Positions 27,908 to 36,663 of a stretch of 64,000 nucleotides of DNA are shown piece by piece. Origin of the DNA: an uncultured Ruminococcus sp. GTDB lineage: Bacteria > Bacillota > Clostridia > UBA1212. The stretch is taken from the NCBI GenBank assembly GCA_902792515.1, contig CADAZX010000001.1:4177-68176 (forward strand). The letters are read 5' to 3'. Every line of letters begins with the position of its first letter. The stretch's first letter is position 1. The notes under the pieces are model-generated. The model had not been told where the DNA came from and did no database searches. It saw only the letters and a program-made list of their open reading frames with translations. The translations under genes and the position numbers were made by a program.

Positions 27908-28320
27908 GAGCCGTTTCCGCCCGACGATGCCATTGTACACGTTTTCGAGGCGTTCGTGGTCGTTTGTCAAGCGACAAATTCGCGGTTTTCGCAATTTCTG
28001 AATTTTCGTCTGTCGTGTTGGAATTCAGGTAGCAGACCGGTTTAATTGCGAGCCAGTGCCGCGGTATGAGCCGTTTCCGTCCGACGATGCCATTGTACAC
28101 GTTTTCGAAGCGGTTGTGGTCGTTTGCCAAGCGACAAATTCGCGGTTTCGCAATTTCGGAATTTCCGTCTGTCACCCGGGGATTTAGGCGGCAGATTGTC
28201 TGAATCACAAGCCCGACCCGCGAGCCGTTTCCGTCCGACGATGCCATTGTACACGTTTTCGAAGCGGTTGTGGTCGTTTGGCAAGCGACAAATTCGCGGT
28301 TTTCGAAATTTTCGCGTTTT
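27908..28320. repeat. Three tandem ~155-bp intergenic repeats (each with a ~105-bp conserved core) between the macro and ARH genes
   Basis: Core gagccgtttccg(c/t)ccgacgatgccattgtacacgttttcga(g/a)gcg.t.gtggtcgtttg.caagcgacaaattcgcggttt(t)cgcaatttc starts at 27908, 28068 and 28222. Each core contains the palindrome TTGTCAAGCGACAA or a 1-mismatch version. Confidence 0.85.
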
Positions 28321-28321
28321 C

Positions 28322-29347
28322 TCAGCACCCGAGCGCCGGCTGACCGTAGTTGAACAGTACCAGGTTGATTTTATTGATATCGTACACGCGGTTCGTTATG
28401 AAGTACGAGACGATCAGATCAAATTTGTTGCTCGGAGAGAGCGCCAGTCCGGCCCTTGCAAGGAGGTCTGCGGTCGCCGGGAGGTCGAGTTCGAGAGCGA
28501 TGGCGAACGCCAGGGCGGTCATTTTGGTCGGTTTGTAGTCCTGTTTAAGACGCACGCGCGAAAAAACCTTTCTGTCGACGTTGGCTTTTTTGTAGAACTC
28601 CACGTCGCCGATTTTCCTCTCGTCCATTAGTTTAAAAAGCCGCGCGCGAAAATTGTCTTCTTTGTCGCTGAGGATCTCATCGAGCGTCTTGCCTCTTAAA
28701 GAGTATATAGTACCGGCGGCGTCTCCTTCGGAAACGGAAAAAGCGCCCTGATTGCGGCGGTTTGCGAGGGCTGCCCGGTAATTGAGATTGCGTGCGTATT
28801 CTTCCGAAAGAATTCTGTTCGCGGCATTTTCGTCGATATAGTGCTCGACGCCCGATGTAAGCCGTTCGGAAACGTCCAGCGCCTTTCTGCTCAGAACGAC
28901 CAGTGTCACTTTCATCTCAGATTCAAGCAGGAACCGCCCGATTGCGTCAACGGCAGTTTCGACCGCGACCCCTTTCGGAAAGCCGCAGTTGCCGCCTGAA
29001 ATCAGCGGAAACGCGACGCTCTCGCAGCCGAGTTTTTCCGCGAGGCGGAGCGAGTTTTCGTAACACGCTTTGAGAACGCCGGTCTCGCCGTGATCACCGT
29101 CGACCCAGACCGGACCGACCGTGTGAATAATATATTTGGCGTTAAGTCCGAACGCTGCGGTGGCGGCAGCTCCGCCCTGTTCGATGCGGCCGATTTTCCG
29201 TCTCGCTTCAAGCAGAAGTTCTGTTCCCGCGGCGTTGTAGATTGCGCTGTCGCAGCCGCTTCCTACAGTAGGTTCGGGGCTCGCGGAATTGACGACGGCG
29301 TCGGCTTTAACTTTTGAAATATCGTTGCGAATGATTATAAACGGCAT
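28322..29347 (-). CDS. Macro domain (ADP-ribose binding/hydrolysing) protein fused to a C-terminal XRE-like helix-turn-helix domain
   Basis: N-terminus PFIIIRNDISKVKADAVVNSASPEPTVGSGCDSAIYNAAG...GNCGFP is a macrodomain. The C-terminal ~70 aa (NFRARLFKLMDERKIGDVEFYKKANVDRKVFSRVRLKQDYKPTKMTALAFAIALELDLPATADLLARAG) has the HTH_XRE pattern. The start is taken at the internal Met. Confidence 0.65.
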   Translation of the reverse strand: MPFIIIRNDISKVKADAVVNSASPEPTVGSGCDSAIYNAAGTELLLEARRKIGRIEQGGAAATAAFGLNAKYIIHTVGPVWVDGDHGETGVLKACYENSLRLAEKLGCESVAFPLISGGNCGFPKGVAVETAVDAIGRFLLESEMKVTLVVLSRKALDVSERLTSGVEHYIDENAANRILSEEYARNLNYRAALANRRNQGAFSVSEGDAAGTIYSLRGKTLDEILSDKEDNFRARLFKLMDERKIGDVEFYKKANVDRKVFSRVRLKQDYKPTKMTALAFAIALELDLPATADLLARAGLALSPSNKFDLIVSYFITNRVYDINKINLVLFNYGQPALGC

Positions 29348-29582
29348 AGTTTTCCCCCTCCGGTTCTGACGAGAATATACCACACGCGGACGTGTTTCGT
29401 CAACGGTTCACGTCAATCCGGCCTTTAGCTCCCGGGAAGTTTCAGGAGAATTTAAAGATTCGAACGTTCGGCCTCAGGCATACTTTTAAGCCGGTCCGCA
29501 GTTCGCCTGCCGTTCGTCTGCCTTTCGCCTGCCGTTCGCCAGTTCGCCTGACGCGTGTCGCCTGTCGCGCGAAAAAAAGCTG

Positions 29583-29611
29583 TTGACAGAGGCGCCGCGC
29601 ACGTTGTATAA
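29583..29611 (+). promoter_or_regulatory. Consensus sigma-70-type promoter (TTGACA-17-TATAAT) for the tRNA
   Basis: ttgaca 29583-29588, 17-nt spacer, tataat 29606-29611. The tRNA starts ~17 nt downstream. Confidence 0.75.
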
Positions 29612-29627
29612 TATCATCCGCAATTGA

Positions 29628-29704
29628 GGGCCACTAGCTCAGTTGGTTAGAGCAACCGGCTCATAACCGGTCGGTCCGGGGTTCGAGTCCCTGATGGCCC
29701 ACCA
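29628..29704 (+). tRNA. tRNA with CAU anticodon (elongator Met or lysidine-modified Ile2), with encoded 3' CCA
   Basis: GGGCCACTAGCTCAGTTGGTTAGAGCAACCGGCTCATAACCGGTCGGTCCGGGGTTCGAGTCCCTGATGGCCCACCA. Cloverleaf with 7-bp acceptor stem, D arm AGCTCAGTTGGTTAGAGC, anticodon loop CTCATAA, and T arm GGTTCGAGTCC. Confidence 0.9.
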
Positions 29705-29709
29705 TGCCA

Positions 29710-29741
29710 AACGCAACCCCGAAAGAGGTTGCGTTTTTTCG
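29710..29741 (+). terminator. Rho-independent terminator after the tRNA
   Basis: AACGCAACC-ccgaaagag-GGTTGCGTT followed by TTTTTT. Confidence 0.8.
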
Positions 29742-29821
29742 TAAATGCCGCGTTTCGCGACATATTACGTCAATATTATCCGCGAGTTAAATATTCCCGG
29801 GGCGGCAAAGGAGGTGTTTTC

Positions 29822-31786
29822 TTGGCAACCGTTTTTGAAGTGAAAAATCTGTCGTGCGAGTTCGGCGCCGTAAAGGTGCTCGAGGACGTGTCGTTTACCG
29901 TTTTTACGGGCGACAGGGTCGGAATCATCGGCGACAACGGGTGCGGCAAGACGACACTTCTTAATATTCTGACGGGGCGGACCGACGACCTCAGTTTCGG
30001 AGGGTATGTTTTCAGTGCCGCGCGCGGGGCTCAAGCCGGTTATCTGTCCCAGCGGACAGGCGAAGATATGCGCGAAATAACTGTTTACGACGATTTTATG
30101 TCTGTTTTCGCGGAGCTGCCGGTTTTGGAGGCGGAAATCGAAAAGGCCGAGGCGGAGCTTGCGGCGGGCGGCGACTCGCACAGGCTTTCCGACAAAATTG
30201 CCTCTCTTTACGAGAAGTATACGGAAAAAGGCGGGCTTACGTACCGTTCGCGCGTTGCGGGAATGCTCTCCGGACTCGGTTTTGACGAGACCGCGCGCAC
30301 GCTTCCCGTAAAAAGTCTGAGCGGCGGCCAAAAGATCAGGCTGGCGCTTGGCGAGCTGCTTCTGAAGTCGCCGGACGTTCTGCTTCTTGACGAGCCGACC
30401 AACCACCTTGACGAGGAGTCGATCGTTTTTCTCGAGGAGAGTTTGCGCGCGTATAAAGGGACCGTTCTGGCAGTCTCGCACGACCGCCATTTTCTCGACA
30501 CCGTGACGGAAAAGACTCTTCTTATCGACCACGGCGTAGGCACCCTCTACAATGCGCCCTACAGTAAATATCTTGTGCTGCGCGAGCAGGACGAAGAGTA
30601 TAAAAGGCGCATGTACGCGCGCCGTAAAAAAGAGATCGCGCACATTGAGGAAGTCATAGCCAAGCAGAAGCAGTGGAACCAGGAACACAATTATGTGACG
30701 ATCGAAAACTGGAAGAAAAAACTTGCGCGCATCGAACTCGGCGAAAATCCCGACGCGGTGGCTGACGATTCTGTCGCGATCAAATTCGAGGTGGGCGAGC
30801 GCGGAGGGAACGAGGTCCTGACCGTCAAAAATCTCGGTTTCGGATTTCCCGGAAACGAGCTTTTCAAAGATCTTTCGTTTGAGATGCGGCGCGGCGACAG
30901 GCTCGTCATCCGCGGCAGGAACGGCGGCGGAAAATCGACGCTTCTTAAGATTATAACAGGTATGCTGAGTCCCACGGCCGGAACCGTCAGACTCGGCGCC
31001 AACATAAATATTTCGTACTACTCCCAGGATTTCGCGGAGATCGACCCCGAGAGCACGCCTTTTGAAGAGACGTTTATGACAGCCAACTACGACTACTACC
31101 ACGGCGGCGGTCTTCCCAAGTTCCGCAACATCGCCTCAGTCAGAAACGCGCTGGCGGCGTTCGGGTTCACGGGCGACTCCGTTTTCCGGCCCAACAACCT
31201 GCTTTCCGGCGGCGAAAAGGCTCGGCTTGCGATGCTGAAACTCACCTACAATAAGGGGAATTTTCTGGTTTTTGACGAGCCGACCAACCACCTCGACATA
31301 AGGACCTGCGAAGTGCTTGAGGAGGCAATAAGAGCATTCCCGGGAACGGTTCTCTGTGTGTCCCACGACCGTTATTTTGTGGAAAAAATCGGTGCGAAGG
31401 TGCTCACCCTTGACGACTACGCGGTTTTCCCATCGTCGGCCCCGGGCTCCGGCTCCGCCTCAGACTCAACCTCATTCCCGCCCTCCGGTCAGCAGCCCGT
31501 TCCGGAAACCGCCGCGCCTTCCGCTTCAAAAGAAGCTTTTCTCAAGGCAAAAGAAGACCGCGCCAACGCGAAAAAGCTCGAAAAGCGCCTTGCATTCCTC
31601 GAAAGCAGGATCGCCGAACTCGAAAACACCCTCCGGGAGTGCGACGAAATTCTTTCCGACCCGGAAAAATCGGCCGACTTCGCGCTCGTCGAAAAAACGT
31701 ATTCGGAGCGGCAGACGGCAGCGGCTCTTCTTGACGAGGCCGAAACAGAATACCTGAGTCTGCTTGATCAAAACGGTCTGTCTTAA
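29822..31786 (+). CDS. ABC-F family ATPase (two ABC cassettes with no TMD; Uup/EttA-like translation factor) with C-terminal coiled-coil extension
   Basis: Two Walker A motifs (GDNGCGKTT, GRNGGGKST), two LSGG signatures, and an inter-domain linker. TTG start 7 nt after the AAGGAGG RBS. Confidence 0.8.
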   Translation: MATVFEVKNLSCEFGAVKVLEDVSFTVFTGDRVGIIGDNGCGKTTLLNILTGRTDDLSFGGYVFSAARGAQAGYLSQRTGEDMREITVYDDFMSVFAELPVLEAEIEKAEAELAAGGDSHRLSDKIASLYEKYTEKGGLTYRSRVAGMLSGLGFDETARTLPVKSLSGGQKIRLALGELLLKSPDVLLLDEPTNHLDEESIVFLEESLRAYKGTVLAVSHDRHFLDTVTEKTLLIDHGVGTLYNAPYSKYLVLREQDEEYKRRMYARRKKEIAHIEEVIAKQKQWNQEHNYVTIENWKKKLARIELGENPDAVADDSVAIKFEVGERGGNEVLTVKNLGFGFPGNELFKDLSFEMRRGDRLVIRGRNGGGKSTLLKIITGMLSPTAGTVRLGANINISYYSQDFAEIDPESTPFEETFMTANYDYYHGGGLPKFRNIASVRNALAAFGFTGDSVFRPNNLLSGGEKARLAMLKLTYNKGNFLVFDEPTNHLDIRTCEVLEEAIRAFPGTVLCVSHDRYFVEKIGAKVLTLDDYAVFPSSAPGSGSASDSTSFPPSGQQPVPETAAPSASKEAFLKAKEDRANAKKLEKRLAFLESRIAELENTLRECDEILSDPEKSADFALVEKTYSERQTAAALLDEAETEYLSLLDQNGLS

Positions 31787-31906
31787 GCACGACAACCGGG
31801 TAGAAATTAAAAAAACAGTTCCGTTCCGGTTTTCCGGTTTACGAAACTGTTTTTGTTTTAATAGCGGCCTGTTTTGTATTTCCCCCTTAAGCCTTTATAT
31901 TTTACT

Positions 31907-33205
31907 TCAGGTTGCGCTTCCGCGCACAATATACTCCACCCGCGGGTTTTCCGCGCATTCAACCGTTACGTCTACCGTTCTGCCGTCGCCGAGCGAGACG
32001 TTTTTAATGCTTATCGTCTGCCCGTAGAGCTCCGCGGGAATGTTCGGCGACACCGTGAGAGTGCCTGTCCATGCGTCGTAGTTGATTCCGAAAATCTCTT
32101 CTATGATCAGTTCTATGTATTCGGAAGCGGTCCAGCCGTAGCGCAGCACCCCCTGCCCCTCGCCGGTCGACGGATTCACGAACTCGGCGTATTTTCCGTT
32201 GAAGGTCATTACCGTCTGGTAGGCGATATGAGCAGCCTCTTCCCGGAGCCCCGATTCGTGAAGGCCCTTCGCGATGATCTCGTTGCGCAGCGTCCAGATG
32301 TTGCCGCTCCAGCTCGTCCAACCCTTGTAGTCGCCTGTCGTCTCGCAGAATTCGGGGCTGTCAAAAGGCGCCGTCGTGATCCCGTACCTGTTGTAATACC
32401 CGTACTTGGAGTTGTCTTTCAAGACTTTAAGAAGCGCCGGAATGCGGTCCTTCGGAACGATCCCGCGCCTGAACGTGTCAAAAGCCGAGTTGTACTCTCT
32501 TTCGGTCATCAGGCGGTCCTCTTTAACGTTCCGCGTGTAATAAAAGCCCGTTTTTTCGTCGTAAAGCCACTTGTTTATAATATCGCGAAGCTCGTTAAAG
32601 ATGCGAAAATATTTCCGCTCGTCCTCTTTCAGCCCGAGGTAGGACGCGAATTCGCGCAGAATATCCGCGCCCGCGCACACCTGCACGTTAAGGTCGACCT
32701 CCGCGAACGTCAGCTGTTCCCTGTGGTCCGCCGGGTCCGATTCCTCCATTATTCCGCAGACGAGGCCGGTTCTGCGGTCGCGCTTGCAGGGCGAGAGCCA
32801 CCAGTCGAGATACGCCGCAAGCATATTATATATTTCGAAAATATAACCCCGGTCGGTAGTCCTTCCGCAGATGCGCCTTGCGACGTCAAAAATGACCGGA
32901 ATCGCGCTCAGCTGTTCATCGAGGTCCTCAACGCGGTCGTTGCCCCACAGGGGAATGCGGCCGTTCGCTTTCTGGACGTACGTAAAATTTTTAAGCGCGT
33001 TTTCGCAGTATTTTTGATCGAGCCAGCAGTAGCCGTTCAGGGTCAGCGAACTGTCGCGTTCCCACCAGCAGTGCCCGTACTGGCCGCCCGGCCCCATATA
33101 AGGGTTTTTGAAGCCGTGGCTCGGTTCCTTTATGCACTCGCGCAGCACGTTAAAAGCGTCTTCAAACTCCTGCCAGGTAATTCCCGGAAAACTAAGCTCT
33201 ATCAT
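31907..33205 (-). CDS. (alpha/alpha)6-barrel glycoside hydrolase, GH63/mannosylglycerate-hydrolase/trehalase-like
   Basis: 432-aa cytoplasmic protein. W/Y-rich blocks (..GHCWWERDSS.., ..YKGWTSWSGNIWTL..) are typical of the GH63/GH37 clan. Confidence 0.45.
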   Translation of the reverse strand: MIELSFPGITWQEFEDAFNVLRECIKEPSHGFKNPYMGPGGQYGHCWWERDSSLTLNGYCWLDQKYCENALKNFTYVQKANGRIPLWGNDRVEDLDEQLSAIPVIFDVARRICGRTTDRGYIFEIYNMLAAYLDWWLSPCKRDRRTGLVCGIMEESDPADHREQLTFAEVDLNVQVCAGADILREFASYLGLKEDERKYFRIFNELRDIINKWLYDEKTGFYYTRNVKEDRLMTEREYNSAFDTFRRGIVPKDRIPALLKVLKDNSKYGYYNRYGITTAPFDSPEFCETTGDYKGWTSWSGNIWTLRNEIIAKGLHESGLREEAAHIAYQTVMTFNGKYAEFVNPSTGEGQGVLRYGWTASEYIELIIEEIFGINYDAWTGTLTVSPNIPAELYGQTISIKNVSLGDGRTVDVTVECAENPRVEYIVRGSAT

Positions 33206-33351
33206 TTTTTTCTCCTTGCGCGCCCGTTAAGGCAGTTTACTGTGACTGTATCTTACTACATTCCGCGCATTTTATCAATGAGCCCGCGCGTTTTTTTCGT
33301 TTTTTTCCGGCGGCTTTACCGCTTTACCGCTTTAATAAAGCCCTTAATGGC

Positions 33352-35322
33352 TTATTTCATCACGCGCATCGAGTTCAGTATCGCGATCACCAGCACTCCG
33401 ACGTCCGCGAAAACAGCCGGCCACATCGCGCTGATCCCGCACGCTGCAAGTATCAGAACGGCCATTTTGACGCCTATGGCAAGAATCACGTTCTGGCGCG
33501 CGATCCTGACGGTTTTCCGGGAAATGGCCACGGCCTCCGCGAGATTTCTCAAATCGTCGTTCATAACGACGCAGTCCGCCGCTTCAACCGCCGCGTCCTG
33601 CCCCATGCTTCCCATCGCGACGCCGACGTCAGCCAGCGCGAGAACAGGAGCGTCGTTGATACCGTCACCGACGTAAACCGTCGTCTTTTTTGTCTCCGAA
33701 ATGATCTTCTCGAGCTCCTCAACCTTGTTTTCGGGAAGGAGCCTCGACTTGTAGCCGTCAAGTCCGACCTCTTCCGCAACGGCCGAGCACTCGCTCTCCG
33801 CGTCGCCCGAAAGCATCACAACGCTCTCGACTCCGAGCTTTTTGAAGCTTGAAACCGCCTCGCGGGAGCCCTGCTTCACAGTGTCGCCCAGAGTGAGCAG
33901 TCCGAGATATTTGCCGTTTTCGAAAACGTACACCGCCGTTCCGGACGTATTTTCCGGAAATCCGTCATTTCCCGGAAATCCGTTTATTTCCCGTTCCGGA
34001 GCGGTTCCCGTCGCCGCGGCATCCCCGTATTTTCCGCCGTATTTCGCTATTTCCCGCGCGAATCCTATATTTCCCGCGGCGAAAACGTCGTCGCCTGCCA
34101 CCGCTGTCACGCCCTTGCCGGGGTACTCGCGGAATTCGATTTTTTCTCCGGAAACCGCCGCAATTCCTCTTTTCGCGCAATAGTTCTCGATCGCGGCCGC
34201 AAGAGGATGGTTCGAAGCTCTCTCGGCGACGCACGCGGCCTTAAGCAGCCTCTCCTCGGAAACGCCCACGGCACACGCAAGCGACTTGACCTCGAACGTT
34301 CCGGAGGTGATCGTTCCCGTCTTGTCCATAACGATATTTTTCGCGTCGGCAAGACGTTCCAGATACTCCGCTCCCTTGACGAGCACTCCGCTCTTCGAGG
34401 CCTTTCCGACTCCCGCGAAAAACGCCATCGGAATCGAAATTACGAGCGCACACGGACACGAAACGACCAAAAACACGATCGCACTGCGTATCCACCGCAC
34501 CGGATCGCGCGTAATCAGCGACGGAATCAAAGCGATGAGGATTGCCGCGACAACAACGCACGGCGTGTAAATTCTTGCGAATTTTGTAATAAAGCGCTCG
34601 GTTTTCGATTTTTTCATCGACGCCTCTTCTACGAGCGCGATGACTTTTTCCTGGCTTGACTCGGCAAGAGGCTTCGTGGTCCTGATTACGAGCCTGCCGT
34701 CGGTGGAGATCGTCCCGCCGAAAACCGCGTCGCCCGGGGCAACGTTGACGGGATTCGACTCGCCGGTAAGACTCGACGTGTCTATGCCCGCAAATCCCTC
34801 GGTAACTGTGCCGTCGAGCGGTATTTTTTCGCCCGGACGCACTTCAATTAAAGAGCCGACGCCGACTTCCTCCGGGTCGCGGTCCGATATTTCCCCGTTT
34901 TCCAGCACGTGCGCCGTGTCGGTCCTGAGCGCCGCGATTGCGGAAATGCGCTTCCTGCTGCGGCCGACCGCGATATTCTGGAACAGCTCTCCGATTCCGT
35001 ACAGAACGATGATCGCAACGCCCTCGACGTACTCGCCGATGAAAAACGCCGCGACCGACGCCACCGTCATCAAAAACTGCTCGTCAAGAAAATCCCCCGA
35101 AAAAATGCCCCGTACCGCGTTCTTTATAATATCGAACCCGGTAATAAGGTAAATGGCCGCGAAAACCGCGATCCTCGCCGCGAAAACGAACGGATTGGAG
35201 TAGTCAAGCGGAACAGTCGCGAAAAAAACCGCCGCCGCGATCAGCAGCACAGCGGAAACGGTCAGTTTTATCAGCTCTCTCTTTTGTTTTTTTGTCAGTT
35301 TCAGTTTATTTTCAGTGTCCAT
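33352..35322 (-). CDS. Heavy-metal translocating P1B-type ATPase (Cd/Zn/Co/Pb-type), lacking an N-terminal HMA domain
   Basis: CPC in TM6 (VVSCPCALVISIP), DKTGTIT phosphorylation site, GDGINDAP hinge, TGES actuator motif. Confidence 0.85.
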   Translation of the reverse strand: MDTENKLKLTKKQKRELIKLTVSAVLLIAAAVFFATVPLDYSNPFVFAARIAVFAAIYLITGFDIIKNAVRGIFSGDFLDEQFLMTVASVAAFFIGEYVEGVAIIVLYGIGELFQNIAVGRSRKRISAIAALRTDTAHVLENGEISDRDPEEVGVGSLIEVRPGEKIPLDGTVTEGFAGIDTSSLTGESNPVNVAPGDAVFGGTISTDGRLVIRTTKPLAESSQEKVIALVEEASMKKSKTERFITKFARIYTPCVVVAAILIALIPSLITRDPVRWIRSAIVFLVVSCPCALVISIPMAFFAGVGKASKSGVLVKGAEYLERLADAKNIVMDKTGTITSGTFEVKSLACAVGVSEERLLKAACVAERASNHPLAAAIENYCAKRGIAAVSGEKIEFREYPGKGVTAVAGDDVFAAGNIGFAREIAKYGGKYGDAAATGTAPEREINGFPGNDGFPENTSGTAVYVFENGKYLGLLTLGDTVKQGSREAVSSFKKLGVESVVMLSGDAESECSAVAEEVGLDGYKSRLLPENKVEELEKIISETKKTTVYVGDGINDAPVLALADVGVAMGSMGQDAAVEAADCVVMNDDLRNLAEAVAISRKTVRIARQNVILAIGVKMAVLILAACGISAMWPAVFADVGVLVIAILNSMRVMK

Positions 35323-35424
35323 AAAACACCTGCCGTCAATTTGATTATTTCCCGGAAACGCGGGAAATGTAATGCGGCAGGAAATATTTCCGTTTTTTCC
35401 GGTTTCCAGCCGCGAAATTTAGTA

Positions 35425-35652
35425 TCAGAGACTCACGGTGCAGTCGGGTTCGACCCTCTTGCAAATCTTTACGATTTCTTTGTAAATTCCGTTGAAATCT
35501 GCGGAATCGTCGTATTCAACAAGCATTTTTTCGGCCATAAAGCTGATTTTGCAGCTGGTTACGCCTTCAATGGCCGTCGCGGCCTTTTCGATTTTGGCGG
35601 CGCAGTTCGCGCAGCAGAGATCCTCGATTTTGATGTACTTTTTCATAGTCAA
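35425..35652 (-). CDS. Heavy-metal-associated (HMA) domain metallochaperone
   Basis: 75 aa with metal-binding ..LCCANCAAKIE.. (CxxC) in a ferredoxin-like fold pattern. Confidence 0.75.
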   Translation of the reverse strand: MTMKKYIKIEDLCCANCAAKIEKAATAIEGVTSCKISFMAEKMLVEYDDSADFNGIYKEIVKICKRVEPDCTVSL

Positions 35653-35730
35653 CCCTCTTTTCTTTATTTTCCGGTTTTTTCCGCTATTTTCCGGTCTGTT
35701 TCCGTTCCCGCCTCAGGAGGCGTTCCCGGT

Positions 35731-36111
35731 TCACAGATCCGTGAAATGATCTTCGTTAAGATGTTCGACCGCCTGGTCGATCACCGTTTTTACGTGGTCG
35801 TCCGCCAGAAAATATATGACGGATTTTCCGTTGCGCTTCGATGAAACGAGCCTCGCCTGCTTCAAAGTTTTGAGCTGGTGGGAGACCGCCGAGACAGTCA
35901 TATTCAGAGTGCCCGCGATGTCGCACACGCAGAGCTCGCTCTCGAAAAGCGCGTAAAGAATCTTGATTCTGGTGCTGTCCCCGAAAACGCGGAAAAAATC
36001 CGCGAGCGAAAACAGACTCTCCTCGGACGGCATGAGGTCGCGAACCTTCTGTTCAAGGTCGGCGTTTTTAATCTCACTGTCGCATATTTCAAGTCCGTTA
36101 AGTAAAACCAT
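35731..36111 (-). CDS. ArsR/SmtB family metal-responsive transcriptional repressor (CadC-like)
   Basis: wHTH with ..ESELCVCDIAGTL.. metal-sensing motif. Located upstream of the HMA-ATPase genes. Confidence 0.8.
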   Translation of the reverse strand: MVLLNGLEICDSEIKNADLEQKVRDLMPSEESLFSLADFFRVFGDSTRIKILYALFESELCVCDIAGTLNMTVSAVSHQLKTLKQARLVSSKRNGKSVIYFLADDHVKTVIDQAVEHLNEDHFTDL

Positions 36112-36339
36112 TTTGCACTCCCCGTTTTCGCCGGAAATGAATGATTCCCGTGCTTATTTCAACCGTTGTTATGTCTGTTTTGTTGAACATTTGAGCAGTT
36201 GTTCAAGTGTTCAATAGTATTCTACAACTCTTTCAAACCCCTGTCAACACTGTTTTCATCTTTTTTTTGATTTTTCCGTATTTTTCTATGTGCGCCGGAA
36301 AATCCACCGCATTTCCGGGAAATAAACAACATGAAACTG

Positions 36340-36500
36340 TTTGAAAAAGTCACCGCATATTTCCCGTCGCCACCGCATTTTTTCCGGCGAAACCGCATAT
36401 TTCCCGGTGCCACCGCATTTTTTCCGGCGAAACCGCATATTTCCCAAACTCACCGCATATTTCCAAAACCGGCCGCATATTTCCCGGAAATACCCTGCGC
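36340..36500. repeat. Seven tandem ~21-bp direct repeats (CACCGCATATTTCCCG-like) in the divergent arsR / glycosyltransferase promoter region
   Basis: Units caccgcatatttcccgtcgc / caccgcattttttccggcga / aaccgcatatttcccggtgc / caccgcattttttccggcga / aaccgcatatttcccaaact / caccgcatatttccaaaacc / ggccgcatatttcccggaaa. Confidence 0.8.
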
Positions 36501-36663
36501 CGCGTCTTACCGCCCAATGAGAGCCGGTTCATTTATTTAAATTCCCCAAAATCCGCCCCGTTTATTGAATTAAAGCAGTTTTTCGTGTAAAATATACGCG
36601 GAAAAAGAGAACGGTCCGCCGGGACAGGATTCCTAAGCAAACCCGGCGGCGAAAGGCATTTCC

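Noticed and set aside
27828-28630. 166-aa minus ORF and 168-aa plus ORF across the 155-bp repeat array
   Set aside because: The open frames are a by-product of the tandem repeats. Unit spacings (160 and 154 bp) shift frame between units, so no repeated protein domain results. There is no RBS.
29765-33676. 445-aa minus ORF (29765-31102) and 600-aa plus ORF (31874-33676)
   Set aside because: Antisense to the ABC-F ATPase and to the GH63-like and P-type ATPase genes respectively. No family motifs.
36290-36500. Possible CRISPR array (regular ~21-bp repeats)
   Set aside because: The repeats are directly adjacent with no unique spacers and are degenerate. There is no leader or cas context. They fit tandem iterons and not a CRISPR.
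36331-36540. 69-aa ORF encoding FPSPPHFFRRNRIFPGATAFFPAKPH...
   Set aside because: It reads through the 21-bp iteron array. The repetitive peptide is dictated by the DNA repeats, and it lies in a divergent promoter region.
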